From NCBI RefSeq assembly GCF_000372725.1, contig NW_005201287.1:899081-963080 (forward strand): 64,000 nt of DNA, written 5' to 3'. Numbering within the stretch: position 1 is the first letter of the stretch; each line of letters starts with the position of its first letter. Positions 1-10,830 of this stretch are shown piece after piece. Made by a program: the position numbers and the translations under genes. The DNA comes from Emiliania huxleyi CCMP1516. Taxonomy: Eukaryota. The notes under the pieces were generated by a model that saw nothing but the letters and a program-made list of their open reading frames with translations, had not been told where the DNA came from and did not search any database.

Positions 1-121
1 TGTACTCCATGATCTTGTGCTCGCCTGCCGTCGCGGCGGGGAGGCGGGCGAGGCACGCTTCAGCGCCGCCGCCGCCGGAAGGGCTCTTCGGGCGAGAGAG
101 GGAGGGGGGAGAGGCGGTCTC

Positions 122-158
<37 letters not shown>

Positions 159-790
159 GGGGAGGCTTGTCGCTCGCCTTCGCCCGGCACCGATCCGTCC
201 GAGAGGACGACCTTGATGCCGCGCCAGCCGGGGTCCGTGCTCAGCTTGAGGTGGATGAAGGCGCGCAGGTGCTGCGCCAGCCGGTCCATGAAGGGCGTGC
301 CCGGAGTGATGACGTTCGAGTCAAAGGCGCGCCCCTCCTTGCGGGCCGGCACCTCGCGCCCCTCCGCCTCCCACTCGCCCCGCAGCCGCTCCTCCTCCGC
401 CTCCTTCTCCGCCGCCTCCTGCGCCGAGCGAAAGCGCCGCGCGCGCTGCTGGTTCATCTTGGCGCGCGGCGCCACACCGTCGATCGCCATGAAGAGCAGC
501 TTGCGCGGCCGCGCGGCGGCAAAGACGCGCTCGAGGTAGTCGGTGACGGCGAGGTTCATGTCGTCCTCCGTCTCGGGCGGCGGCCGGTTCTCCGGGTGCG
601 ACGCCGGGTGGATGATGCCATTCATGTCGAGGAACAGGTTGTCGAACTCCACTCCGTTCGGGTTCGCGCGGCTCGTGTCGACAGGCACCTTCTCGCCGGC
701 CTCGTTCCAGGTGGGGCGGTCCTCGATGCAGTCGCTGACAACCTTGGGATACTTGGTCACGAGCCACTTGTAGAATGCGGGGACGCCCAT
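1..790 (-). CDS. XRN2: 5'-3' exoribonuclease (XRN2/Rat1 type), 5' part; runs off window
   Basis: Manual translation MGVPAFYKWL..KYP..EFDNLFLDMNGIIHP..MAIDGVAPRAKMNQQRARRFR..FDSNVITPGTPFM..VPGEG|EHKIMEY; GC-AG intron 25-177. Confidence 0.92.
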
Positions 791-900
791 CTTTTCTGAC
801 ACGGGCGCAGTGCTCCCACAGCGAGGCGAACTGCCGCGACGAGTGCCGCGGCCTCCTGTGAGAAGAGAAATCGCGGCTAACGGCCTTCCAAAATCTGCTG

Positions 901-1683
901 GTGCAGGTGTCGGCCCTAAAAAGAAAAACTCACGGCGCGTCGGATGGCGGCCGCGGCGGCACACGCCACCGCCTCCGTACTCCAATTTTCGTGTTCGTGC
1001 GTAGCATCACCTGCGCTGCACATGCACGGCGCGTGCTCGGCCTCGGCGACGCTGGACTTGACGCTTCTGTGATCAAGCAGGCGTGGCGACGGAGCGCTCT
1101 CGCGACCCACCCCGACCGTGGAGGCACCGCGGCCCAGTTCCGTGAGGTCAACCTGGCGTACGAGCTGCTGCGGCAGCACGCCTCGTCGGCCGGCGGCTGC
1201 GGCGGGGCGGCAGCAGGCCGGGCCCACGCCGCGCCCGGAGGCGCCGAGTGGGACGAGGAGGCGTTTCGGGAGTGGCATCGGCGGGCGATGGAGGAGGAGG
1301 AGGCCGAGGAGCGGCGGCGCTGGCAGGAAGAGGTGGACTCGATTCCTCGCTTCTTTACCTGGCGGCTCGGCTTGCGCATCCTCGTCGGCGCTCTGCTCTT
1401 CCGCGGCCTCGTCGTGGCGGCGTGGATACACCTACCGAACGAGAACCACGAGGCGAGCCCGCCCTCTCGCCCGCACCACCTGCGCTCTCCCCGTTCACAG
1501 CCAAGCTTGCTCGCCCAGGCCAACGCCCCGTACACCCGTCTGATGACGGCGCTGGAGGAGCACCCTGACAATCGGACAGCGGTGCTCGAGGGGCGCATCA
1601 AGGCTCGGCGTAGCTTAGCGACGGCTGAAGGCCGGCCAGGAGCCGAGGTTGGCCAGACTCGGGGCAACGGGGCGCCTGGGTGA
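901..1683 (+). CDS. DnaJ-domain protein with predicted TM helix (start uncertain)
   Basis: VLGL..IKQAWRRSALATHPDRGG..FREVNLAYELL (HPD motif); hydrophobic ILVGALLFRGLVVAAWI. Confidence 0.75.
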   Translation: MQVSALKRKTHGASDGGRGGTRHRLRTPIFVFVRSITCAAHARRVLGLGDAGLDASVIKQAWRRSALATHPDRGGTAAQFREVNLAYELLRQHASSAGGCGGAAAGRAHAAPGGAEWDEEAFREWHRRAMEEEEAEERRRWQEEVDSIPRFFTWRLGLRILVGALLFRGLVVAAWIHLPNENHEASPPSRPHHLRSPRSQPSLLAQANAPYTRLMTALEEHPDNRTAVLEGRIKARRSLATAEGRPGAEVGQTRGNGAPG

Positions 1684-1948
1684 CTCGGTGGGCAATCAGG
1701 TCACAATTGTGCGTGTACGCGTGTGGGGACTGGGCTCTGTTTTTGGGGGGCACGGTAGGGGTGTCGCGTGTCGGTTTGTGAGAGTCTTCTTGTCGGTTTG
1801 TCGAAAGTCGAAAGATTGTGTGCATCGTGGAGACTCGCCCTCAGACCGTGTGTGTGTGCACTCTCGTGTGGCTGTGACTTGTGTGGGAAGTAGCACTGCA
1901 CAGCGAAAACCGAAATAAAGAGAACGTGTCATGCGCGGGGACACGCGG

Positions 1949-2431
1949 CTTAGGGGACCCCTAGGCTTAAAAGGGTGGGCCCTGGGGCGCCTGCGGCTTA
2001 AACGGCTTAAAACTTGCCTAGGCAAGTTTTAAGAGCTGCTGGGCCGCCGATTCCTTAAACGGTCTTAAACGGTCAAACGACTCGGCAGCCTCCCCGCGCC
2101 CTTAAACGCGATCACACCATGAATGGTCTATACTCAAAACTTGCCGACGGGCGGCGAAAGCTCTTCGCTCGGCCCCGAGAGCGCTTCGCTCTCTGCCGCC
2201 CGCCCGCCCGCTCGCTCGCCCGCCCGCCCGCCAGCCTCCCCGCGCTTAAACGCTCTAAATGGCTCAAATGGCTCAGGTTGGGCGCGGTGTGCGATTCTCT
2301 TAAATGGTCTCTTAAATGGGAGCGGCAGCATGGGCCCAATCTCTTAAACGCACCGAGGCGGCTCTGGAGCCGCCAATCTCTTAAAAGGTCTTAAAAAAAT
2401 CCGGCCCTCAGAACCCTAGGGGTCCCCTAAG
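1949..2431. mobile_element. MITE with 17-bp TIRs and 8-bp TSD
   Basis: TIRs cttaggggacccctagg / cctaggggtcccctaag; TSD acacgcgg at 1941-1948 and 2432-2439; many internal cttaaa motifs. Confidence 0.85.
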
Positions 2432-2439
2432 ACACGCGG

Positions 2440-3363
2440 CATGGGCTCTGGGGGGAGGCGGGGGCCCTGGAGGGTATCCATGCGGGGGGGAGATGGGGTC
2501 CCATGGCCCGCCGCAGGCGCCGATTTTTTCGGCACTTTTTTCTTTTTTGCGCGATTTTTTACTTGTTTCATGGGAATTCGCTGTACTTGCAGCATGCTAT
2601 CACGCCTTGCGACAGCCTGTCGGCGCTGCTGACCGTGCCATGCTGCACAATTGACCACCTGCATAGCTCGCGGCCTTAGTATCAAGCATTCAGTGACGAC
2701 CTGATCCTACGGTCAGTAGGAAGGTGTCCTTCTATCGTGTGCACGCTTCTGACGCAATGCGCGTCACAGACTGCCTCGGCGACTGGCTGCTGGCACTCTC
2801 GAGGCTATGCCTACACAGCCTCGCGCGCATGGGCAGTCAAGAGGGACCATGCACTTTCTCAGGACAGCGCCGGTGCCTCTCTCTTGGACCGGCAAACGTG
2901 GTGGTCTCGTGTCACCAATGTGGGACCAGTGCGGCATCGCGCCATCGACAGCTCTGAACTGCGCCTCACCACTGACCGGGAAGGCCGCCAAGTGGGCCAG
3001 CACCGGTCACACATTGTGGCAGCAGTCAGCAGTTGTCTGATAGCTAGAGCAGCAGCGTCAGGGTCGCAGGGTCGGATCGTGTCAAGCCTCTCGCCCGGCC
3101 GGCCACGTGCAGACGTCGGCCTGTCTGCTGTCTGGAGTGATCTGTCGGCGGTCAGTACGACCGATCAGGTTGGAGGTTTCTCATGATTGGAGGGTCTATC
3201 TGTGTGTACTCCTCGAGATCTCTCCAAATCTGCCCTCTGATTAACCTAGCTTAATCGGGAAGTTGGTGCTAGTAGAGACTAGTAGAGCCGGAGCCCCGTT
3301 TCCGCACACTGCGGCGCGGCGCACGGTGCCTCCGGGGGCCCCCGCCTCCCCCCAGAGGGCATG
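2440..3363. mobile_element. Putative non-autonomous TIR element
   Basis: Imperfect ~33-bp inverted repeats catgggctctggggggaggcggggggccc... / ...gggcccccgcctccccccagagggcatg; no TSD seen. Confidence 0.5.
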
Positions 3364-3611
3364 GGGTGCATGTCGTGGGGTTGCGGTGGGGCAACAATGA
3401 GGTGCCCGTCTCACCATGTCTGTGAGGTTACCCCGTATACCCGCGGGACTGCACTCCAAGTGCTCAAAGTGCTCATGACTCATGTGTGCGTTCTCAAAAT
3501 ACATGCATACTCGTGCACTCTCGCTCTGCAAGTCCATGTGACACGTCTCTCCTCCACCTCGTGACCTCTCGCTCCGCACGCCACGCTCGTGTGGCTCCAT
3601 ATCTCCACCTC

Positions 3612-4545
3612 TCACCGGGCATGGACCCAGTCGCAGAGGTGCCACATCTCGAGTCGCTTGCGCAGCTCCTCGTCGGCGGCCTTCGCAGCGGCCATGCTAG
3701 GCGGCGACCTCGCCGTTGGGCTCGAGCCCAAGTCGCCGCTCGCCCGCCGCGCCCGCCCCGCCACGCCCTTCCGGGCGACGACGCCTGCTATCGTGCCCGT
3801 CTCCCCCATGCCCCAGCTCGAGGAGGCGCCCGCCGCCGCCCCGAAGCCGGGGTAGCACGTCTTGTAGATCTCACGCACGACCATGTGCAGATCCGGAGGC
3901 GTGGCGGTCTTCTCGCTCGCCCAGGAGCCCATCTCCTCCGCCGCAGCCCGGTAGGACCGGTGGCTTATCGCGCCGCCATCCCTCGCCGCGGCGAGTTGGA
4001 CGAGCTCGCACACGGCCCCGTACTTGAGCCGGCTTGACAGCCGCCGGTCGGGCACAAACTCGCCACGGTCGGCGTGGACCGCCCCAAGCTCGGCGAGGAA
4101 AGGATAGCGGCCGCTACGGTGGTCGAGCAGCTTCTGCCAGGCCCGGTCCGCTTCCAAGTACAGGCCGGCCCGAACGCGCAGGGCGTAGCGCCAGCGCGGC
4201 TCCTTCAGCCGCAGCGGGCGCGACCACCGCGCCGGCAGTCGGTCGACGATCGGAAGCCAGAGCAGATCGTCGTGAGCGACAAGCTCAAACGCCCTGGACA
4301 CGCGTGCGCACGAGCAGAGATCGGCGCCGCCGACGAAATCGAGAATGGCAAACACGGCGTCGGTTGAGAGGCTGAGCAGTGTCGGCGGAGCCGTCGCCTC
4401 GAGCTTCTCGAGCTCCTCGAGCATCTGCTGCGCCGCCGCGAGCTGCTGCTCCGCCGCCTCGACTTGCTGCTCGGTCGGCTGCTGCTCCGCCTCGACTTGC
4501 TGCTCGGTCGGCTGCTGCTCCGCCTCGACTTGCTGCTCGGAACCC
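3612..4545 (-). CDS. F-box protein with N-terminal 33-bp (EQQVEAEQQPT) repeats; start uncertain
   Basis: LLSLSTDAVFAILDFVGGADLCSCARVSRAFELVAHDDLLW is an F-box signature. Confidence 0.75.
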
Positions 4546-4610
4546 AGCTGAATCCGGCATTAAACTGGAAAAGAAATCGCGCCCGGTAGCAAGATGAAAA
4601 GTGTTACCGA

Positions 4611-4683
4611 AATCCCTGTGTGGTGGCGGCGTGCCGTCCTCCCATCCCTCCCTTGGGTTGCCTGTTTTCTTTCTTTCTTTTTT
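4611..4683 (+). mobile_element. 5'-truncated non-LTR retroposon copy, (CTTT)n tail
   Basis: Shared core aatccctgtgtggtggcggcgtgccgtcctccc; 12-bp TSD aagtgttaccga at 4599-4610 and 4684-4695. Confidence 0.85.
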
Positions 4684-4754
4684 AAGTGTTACCGAGCAAG
4701 CGGCTGCGGTTATAGCAGACAGGCGCAGGCTACACCAGAAAATAGGCATGTGGG

Positions 4755-5165
4755 CAGGTGTATATTATTTTTGCGTGGGGCGGACATCATGCCGGGGTAG
4801 GTAGGTAGGGTCTGGGCCCTCCCGTCGGGTTTTTCCCTCTCTTCACGCTGGAATTTTCACAGCAGAAAAAGAAATTTTCCCCGGAAATCACGATGTCAAC
4901 CCTCCCCAAATGGGTGATCTGATGCTTGTAGGGCTTGAGAGTGGCCTGCCATGTCACAGGAAGGACTGTGGTTGCAGGATAGTACCACCAACCATCACTC
5001 TAGTTGGTATAGTACCCCACCTTCACCCATCCTGTGATTTCTTTTTTAGTTTCCCATAAGTAAGGTAGGTAGGTAGGTAGGTAGGTAGGGGCACCGCAGC
5101 GGCCGGTCAGGTTTTTCCAGAATTTCAGCATGATGTCCGCCCCACGCAAAAATAAACGCCACCTG
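4755..5165. mobile_element. MITE with CAGG-starting TIRs and 7-bp TSD (P-superfamily-like)
   Basis: ~38-bp TIRs caggtg..ttatttttgcgtggggcggacatcatgc; TSD atgtggg at 4748-4754 and 5166-5172. Confidence 0.8.
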
Positions 5166-5198
5166 ATGTGGGGGTGATGGGGTGTACCCGTTACCGCG

Positions 5199-6334
5199 TT
5201 AGATCACGACGCCGGCGGAAACACCATCTTGACGGCCTCCCCCGACCCGCCTGCCTCCGCCTCGACCCTGCGGAACTCGCTCAGGCGCTGCTCGTCCTCC
5301 TGCAGCCGCTGTTGCAGGTTCTGCAGCTGCAGCTTGTCGCGGCTGACCCGCAGCTCCGCGCGCTCCCGCTGCTCCGTCACCTATTCCAGCGGGAGATCCG
5401 TGAGCGGACAAGCGCAAGCGAGGGGCGCGCGCTGCGGTCTCGGCAACCGTCAGCGGCGCCGGTGCCAGCTTGCGCGGAGCCGCCGCAGGCTCTGCCGGCG
5501 CCTGCTGCGGCTGCTGCGCCGGTGCCGCCCGCCCGCTGGAGGCGGAGGGCGCGATGAGGATGCGTGTCGTCACGCGCGGCGGCGTCGGAGCAGGAGGCGG
5601 CGGCGGCGGCGTGAGCGCCGTGCCGAGCCCGAAGCCGAGGCTGCCCGCGAGGATCGCAGCACCGAGTGCAGCGACCGCCTGCTGCGGGAGCGCAAGAGGC
5701 AGCGCAAGCTGCTGCTGCAACGCGCCGCCTCCGCCTGCAGCGGCGGCTCCGCCCACGCCGCTGTCCGCCTCCGCCACGGCAGGGGCGGCACCTAGGCTTG
5801 ACGGGGTCGGGTCAGAGCGGACGACGGCAGGCCTCTGACTCTGCCTCACGGCGCACCGCCGCTGCGCGAGAGCTCATAGATGGTCCCGCCGACCGCCTCG
5901 ATGTAGCCGGGCTCGGTGCGAGGGTCGGAGGCGAGCCGTCCCTCGCACGCAACCGTGAGCCAGACCGTCGAGCTGTCGCCATCAAGGTGGCCCGTGTAGC
6001 GGCCGTCTCCCAGCCGGCTCCAGTCCTCCAGCACGCGCGGCTGGCGGCCCACCACGGTCGCGCCCAGCTCGCGGAGGCGGCGCTCGCACTCCTCGGGCGT
6101 CCTGCCCGCGAGTTCGGGCGTAGACGCCGTGAGTGCGCTCCAGAAGGTGGCCTGGCTGCCGCCTCGGCCGACGGTGAACTGCGGCGCCCGGTCCTGCAGC
6201 GCCCAGTCCTCTTGCGGGGCCCACGATGTCAGCTCACAGAGGATCGTGGTGGGAGCGCGCAGCAGCGGTGGCCGAAAGGCTCCTAGCAGCACGAACACGG
6301 TGCCGCCAATCTGTGTTCCGATCACGTGGCGCAT
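5199..6334 (-). CDS. Hypothetical protein, probably spliced, with signal-like N-terminus, TM segment and coiled-coil C-terminus
   Basis: Coding-like ORFs 5846-6334 (WAPQEDWALQD..FWSAL) and 5199-5849; exon structure unresolved. Confidence 0.5.
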
Positions 6335-6514
6335 GGGCGATCACGGCTGCACGGTGTTGAACACCACTTGATAGGCGCGACGTTCACCTGAGAGGCAAAC
6401 AGAGGTCGAGCGGAATCGCTGCCCCCACTCCAAGTGCTCCCCTCGTGCCCCGAATCGCTTCCCAGCAAAAGGAGATTCTCGCCACACAGCTTCTCTCATC
6501 ACAGCACACTGGCA

Positions 6515-6770
6515 GAAGAGAACGACGCGACAGAGGAGGAAGTGACAAGGGAGAGAACGACGAGAGTGGGACGACCGCGAGGTGGCATGAAGGTTGCAGC
6601 GAGAATCGGCGAGAGACTGCGAAGAGAGATAGGAAGAGGCAGACTCCCTAGCGCCTAGGGTGGGCGACGGCTAGCGCACCACACACCTCTCCTTAAAATC
6701 CCTGTGTGGTGGCGGCGTGCCGTCCTCCCATCCCTCCCTTGGCTTGTCTGTTTTCTTTCTTTCTTTCTTT
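6515..6770 (+). mobile_element. Non-LTR retroposon copy, same family as 4611-4683
   Basis: Same 3' core plus (CTTT)n tail; TSD acactggca at 6506-6514 and 6771-6779. Confidence 0.85.
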
Positions 6771-7294
6771 ACACTGGCACGAAAAAGAGAAAGGCCGCGT
6801 CGGCGCCGCGTGTTCTCGCGCGTCACCGTCTCCGCGCGCGGTTTTGAGCGGGCCGCCCCGCCCCCGGCCGACCGGGACCGCAATCCAACGGCAACGCGCA
6901 AGAAGAAGTTGGCGGTTAAAAATCTCTCTCCGACCGCTCGTTAACGATATGCTTCATCCTCCACAAAAGACCCCTCTATCTAGGTAAAAATACGAGACGC
7001 TATGGCGACGCAGCCACGCTAGAGTGTAGAGAGAGCGACGGGCTCGATCGGCCGCGGCGGGGACCGCCGGCGAGAGCGAATAAGAGTCGGTCCGCGAGAG
7101 AGCTCACGCGTCATGAGGGCGCTACCCCTAGTCTACAGCCTCGCGCCATCACGCGAGGTCCAGAGGCGGCCGCAGCGCCTCCACAGAGGTGGCGGCGCGG
7201 CGGCGGCGCCCTTAATACATCCTCCGCCATGCGCCCAGCCCGAGCCAGCCCACGGGGAAGAGCTCGCTGGGAGAGGAGCGGCGGGAAGAGCTCG

Positions 7295-8328
7295 TCATGT
7301 TGAGGGCACGGGGCTGCCGCTCGGTCCGCAAGCGTCGGCGATCGCGTCGGGCGGCGGGCCCTTTTGCAGCTGCAGCTTGACGAGGAGCGCAGGAGGCAGC
7401 AGCGGCCGCAGCAGCGACCAGGCGCAGGCAAAGGCGGGCGGTGTGTTGACGACGAGCGTCTTGGCGAGGAAGTCCGGGTAGTAGGCCTGCATCACCCGCG
7501 ACAGCTCCGCCGTGCAGAGCCGCGCCTCCTTCGAGAGGTGGAAGCGGCGCAGCCCGGACACGTCCATCACCAGCGTGAAGGCGGGCGAGGACTGCGTGAG
7601 GCAGAGCGTGCGGATCGCGGCCTCCTGCATCGCTATCCGCCAGCGGACGAAGCGGTTCACGTCGGCGAGCGCCTGCGCGGGCGGCGGCGCCTCGATGTCG
7701 CGAGGCCGCGCGGGGAGGAGGGCACAGCGCTGCGGGAGAGGCGAAGCGGCGAGCAGAGCTAGGCAGAGGCGGAGGTAGGCGTGCGGCGGCGCGTGCGGCG
7801 GCGGGAACGCAGCGAGTGCGGCGGCTAGAGGCGAGGCGCAACGGAGGCGTCGGGGACGGGGAAGGGGGAGCGGCGGGTGCGCACCGCTCGGCCGGGAAGC
7901 GTGGCGAGGACGAGGGGTCCCGCGCCCGCCTTGCCGATGATCTTGTCGAGCGGCATGCCCTCCCCAAAATTGCTCATCGAGCTCAGCTCGTCCACCCTGT
8001 TCTCCCTCCGCCACCGAAGCGTGCCCTGTAGCATCCTGCGCGCGTCGTCCACGCACCACCTCCGCGCGCGGAGAAACTGCCGCAGAAGGGGCGCGCCGCT
8101 CTCGCCAGTGAGCGGCACGCCCCACAGCGACGCATCGCCCAGCCCCGACGCCGTCAGAGCCTCGCGCAGCGCTTGCACAGCTGACCCCTCGTCAGAAGGT
8201 CCCGCTCGCGCTGGCCTCATTAGCGCCGCACTTGCCGCCGCGGGCGCGACGCTGGCGGATCGGCGCAGGAGCGCCCCGGCCAGCAGCACCTTGGGAAGCA
8301 GCTTGACTAGGGCCGGTACGGCGATCAT
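7295..8328 (-). CDS. CRAL-TRIO/SEC14 lipid-binding protein (spliced)
   Basis: LLRQFLRARRWCVDDARRMLQGTLRWRRE; LVMDVSGL..MQAYYPDFLAKTLVVNTPPAFACAWSLLRPLL. Confidence 0.85.
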
Positions 8329-8580
8329 AGGTGACGAGACAAACCGGAGGAAGGCCGATTCTCGCCTCGTTATTTGCCGGGCGATGCCCTGCCGGGCCCA
8401 TTAGGGATCCGCAAAAAGAAAAAAACTCTTGACCCAGACGGAAAAAGGAGAAAACGATTTCAATTCTGCCGTCCGCGCCTTTTCGTGTACTTGATTGTAA
8501 CGTTTTGCCGTTGCTCCATCGCTCGCCAGTGCAGCGGCGGCGCAGCCACAAAAACCTGCCTGACAGCAGCAGGAAGAGGG

Positions 8581-10398
8581 ATGCGTCACGCAGCCGCGCG
8601 GCGGCTGCCGCTGCTCCTGGTCCTGCTGTTGCTCGCGGAATCCACCGGCAACCGATGCGCCTTTCCCACCACCGCCGCCTCCTCCGAGACTGCAGAGGCC
8701 GCCGCCTCCGAGACTGCAGAGGCTCCTCTGCCGCGCCGGTGGGTCCCGCCGCCGCCGCACGGGCCGGTCTGCAAAGACTGCCCGAGCATCGTCTTTAGCC
8801 TCACCGACGACCAGGACGTGGAGCTGGGCGGCTGGACGCCGATGGTGAAAACGCAATCGCTGCTGCAGGGCGACGGCAACGGCGCGATGCTCACGAGCTG
8901 GCGCGTCCACACACCAATCTGCTCTCCGAGCCGCTCACAGACCGTCTCCGGCCGTTACTTCCACAACATCAAATCGACGCTCGCGGTGCCACCGGCCAAG
9001 GTGCAACCGGCGGCGACGGGGCACGTCAACGGCAGCGTGTACACCAACGCCACCTTCGGGGCGCACCTGCGCGCGCAGAGGGGGTACAACGTGGCCATCT
9101 TTGGCAAGGCCAACTTCAACACGAGGGAGGGCTTCGACCGCTGGTTCCAGGGCGCCTTTCTCGGGTACGGTGGCGGCTTTGAGGACGACGAGTCTCCAGA
9201 CTTTGCATATCGCGCGGCACCGAGCGAGTACGCCACCTCGCTCCTGGGCAACAAGTCGGTCGAGTGGATCCGCCGCCCCAACGTGACGGGCAGCGCAGCG
9301 GCAGGCCGGCCCTTCTTCCTCTACTTTGCGCCACATTGCCCACACACGCCCGCGATGCCCGCCGCATGGTACAAGGACGCGTGCGCCGGCGTGCGGTCGC
9401 CCCGAACGCCAGCGTACAACCACAGCAACGCCGGCTTCCACGCGCTGGTGGCGACGCAGCCTCCCATCTCGGACGTGGAGGCGACGCTGATCGACGACCT
9501 CGCCCGGCGGCGCTGCCAGTGCCTACTCTCCGTCGACGATGCGCACGCGGCGCTGGTTGTGGCGGTCAAGGAGGCGCGCCGGTGGGAGTCGACGTACTGG
9601 GTCGTCACGTCCGACCACGGGTACAACCTGGGCCATCATCGGCTGCCGAGCAACAAGTTCCTCCTCTACGACCACACGCTCCGCGTCCCGATGCTCGTGC
9701 GCGGGCCGGGAATCGCCGCCGGCGACAACCCCGTCCTCGGCACCAACGTCGACTACGCTCCCACCTTCCTCGGCCTCGCCGGCCTCGCGACGCCCGCCGC
9801 GATGGACGGGCGCTCCCTCCTCCCGATGCTTGTGCCCGAGGCGCGCGAGGGCGAGCTGCCCGCGCCGACCCGACGCCACGTCCGCGCAGAGCGAGCGGCC
9901 CTCTCGCGCCGGCCGTGGCGCGCGGAGCAGTTCTTTCAATACTACACTCAGGGCGGTCCCTCGCCGTACCACCCGCAGGGCTGCCCGCAGACACCGGGCT
10001 TCAAGCCGTGCGAGGGCTGGGCGCCGGGCTCGTCGAGCGAGCCCAACAACTCGCCCGGCGATCTGAACCAGTGCGGGTTCCCGGAGCACGAGGCGCTGCG
10101 CGGCACGGTCCGGCCGCTCGACGACTACTCGAACACGTACATCGGGCTGCACTGCCCCGGCTGCATCCCGGGCGACGCCAGCGAGTACAAGTACGGCGAG
10201 TACCAGTATGTGTGCTCGAGCGAGGAGATTGTTGCCCGGCGCTGCTTCAGCTCGATCGACACGTACCAACTCTTCAACATGTCCGCCGACCCATACGAGC
10301 TCCACAACGTCTACGCCTCCGCGCCGCCGCCGATCCTCGCCGCGCTCAAGGCGAGGCTTCGGAGGTACTACCCGTGCCGGGGAGCCGCATGTCCTTGA
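8581..10398 (+). CDS. Secreted S1 sulfatase (N-acetylglucosamine-6-sulfatase-like)
   Basis: Signal peptide; LTDDQD, CSPSR (CxPxR FGly motif), PHCPH, TSDHGY, NVDYAPT, DPYELHN. Confidence 0.92.
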   Translation: MRHAAARRLPLLLVLLLLAESTGNRCAFPTTAASSETAEAAASETAEAPLPRRWVPPPPHGPVCKDCPSIVFSLTDDQDVELGGWTPMVKTQSLLQGDGNGAMLTSWRVHTPICSPSRSQTVSGRYFHNIKSTLAVPPAKVQPAATGHVNGSVYTNATFGAHLRAQRGYNVAIFGKANFNTREGFDRWFQGAFLGYGGGFEDDESPDFAYRAAPSEYATSLLGNKSVEWIRRPNVTGSAAAGRPFFLYFAPHCPHTPAMPAAWYKDACAGVRSPRTPAYNHSNAGFHALVATQPPISDVEATLIDDLARRRCQCLLSVDDAHAALVVAVKEARRWESTYWVVTSDHGYNLGHHRLPSNKFLLYDHTLRVPMLVRGPGIAAGDNPVLGTNVDYAPTFLGLAGLATPAAMDGRSLLPMLVPEAREGELPAPTRRHVRAERAALSRRPWRAEQFFQYYTQGGPSPYHPQGCPQTPGFKPCEGWAPGSSSEPNNSPGDLNQCGFPEHEALRGTVRPLDDYSNTYIGLHCPGCIPGDASEYKYGEYQYVCSSEEIVARRCFSSIDTYQLFNMSADPYELHNVYASAPPPILAALKARLRRYYPCRGAACP

Positions 10399-10648
10399 AA
10401 CTGTGCGTCCCAGGAGAAGGACTCCAACCTGCGGACGCTCAAGTACCACGAGCTGTATGAGCGGTGTGACCGCACGCGCAATCTCAGTCACAGCTCGACC
10501 AGCCAATCACGCCCAACTCGCCCGATAGGCTGTTCGACCAATTCTCAAGAGAAGACCAACCCACGGCACTTCTACAACGTGCTCCTTCTCGCTGCCTTCG
10601 TGCACATCATCGCGGTCGATACCTCAATCTGCGAGACACCCAATGGCC

Positions 10649-10790
10649 CAGGTGGCGTTTATTTTTGCTTGGGCGGCACTCATGACGGGGTAGGTAGGAT
10701 AGGTCTGGGCTGTTTTCCCCTCTCTTCAAGCTTGAATTTTCACAGCAGAAAAAGAAATTTTCGGTCTGTAACGACGTTGATATCCCCCCG
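10649..10790. mobile_element. Truncated left end of the 4755-5165 MITE family
   Basis: caggtggcgtttatttttgc..ggtaggtagg..gaattttcacagcagaaaaagaaatttt is shared. Confidence 0.7.
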
Positions 10791-10830
10791 GGGTTTAGGC
10801 CGCAGGCTGGACGGCAGGTAGATCTAAGGC

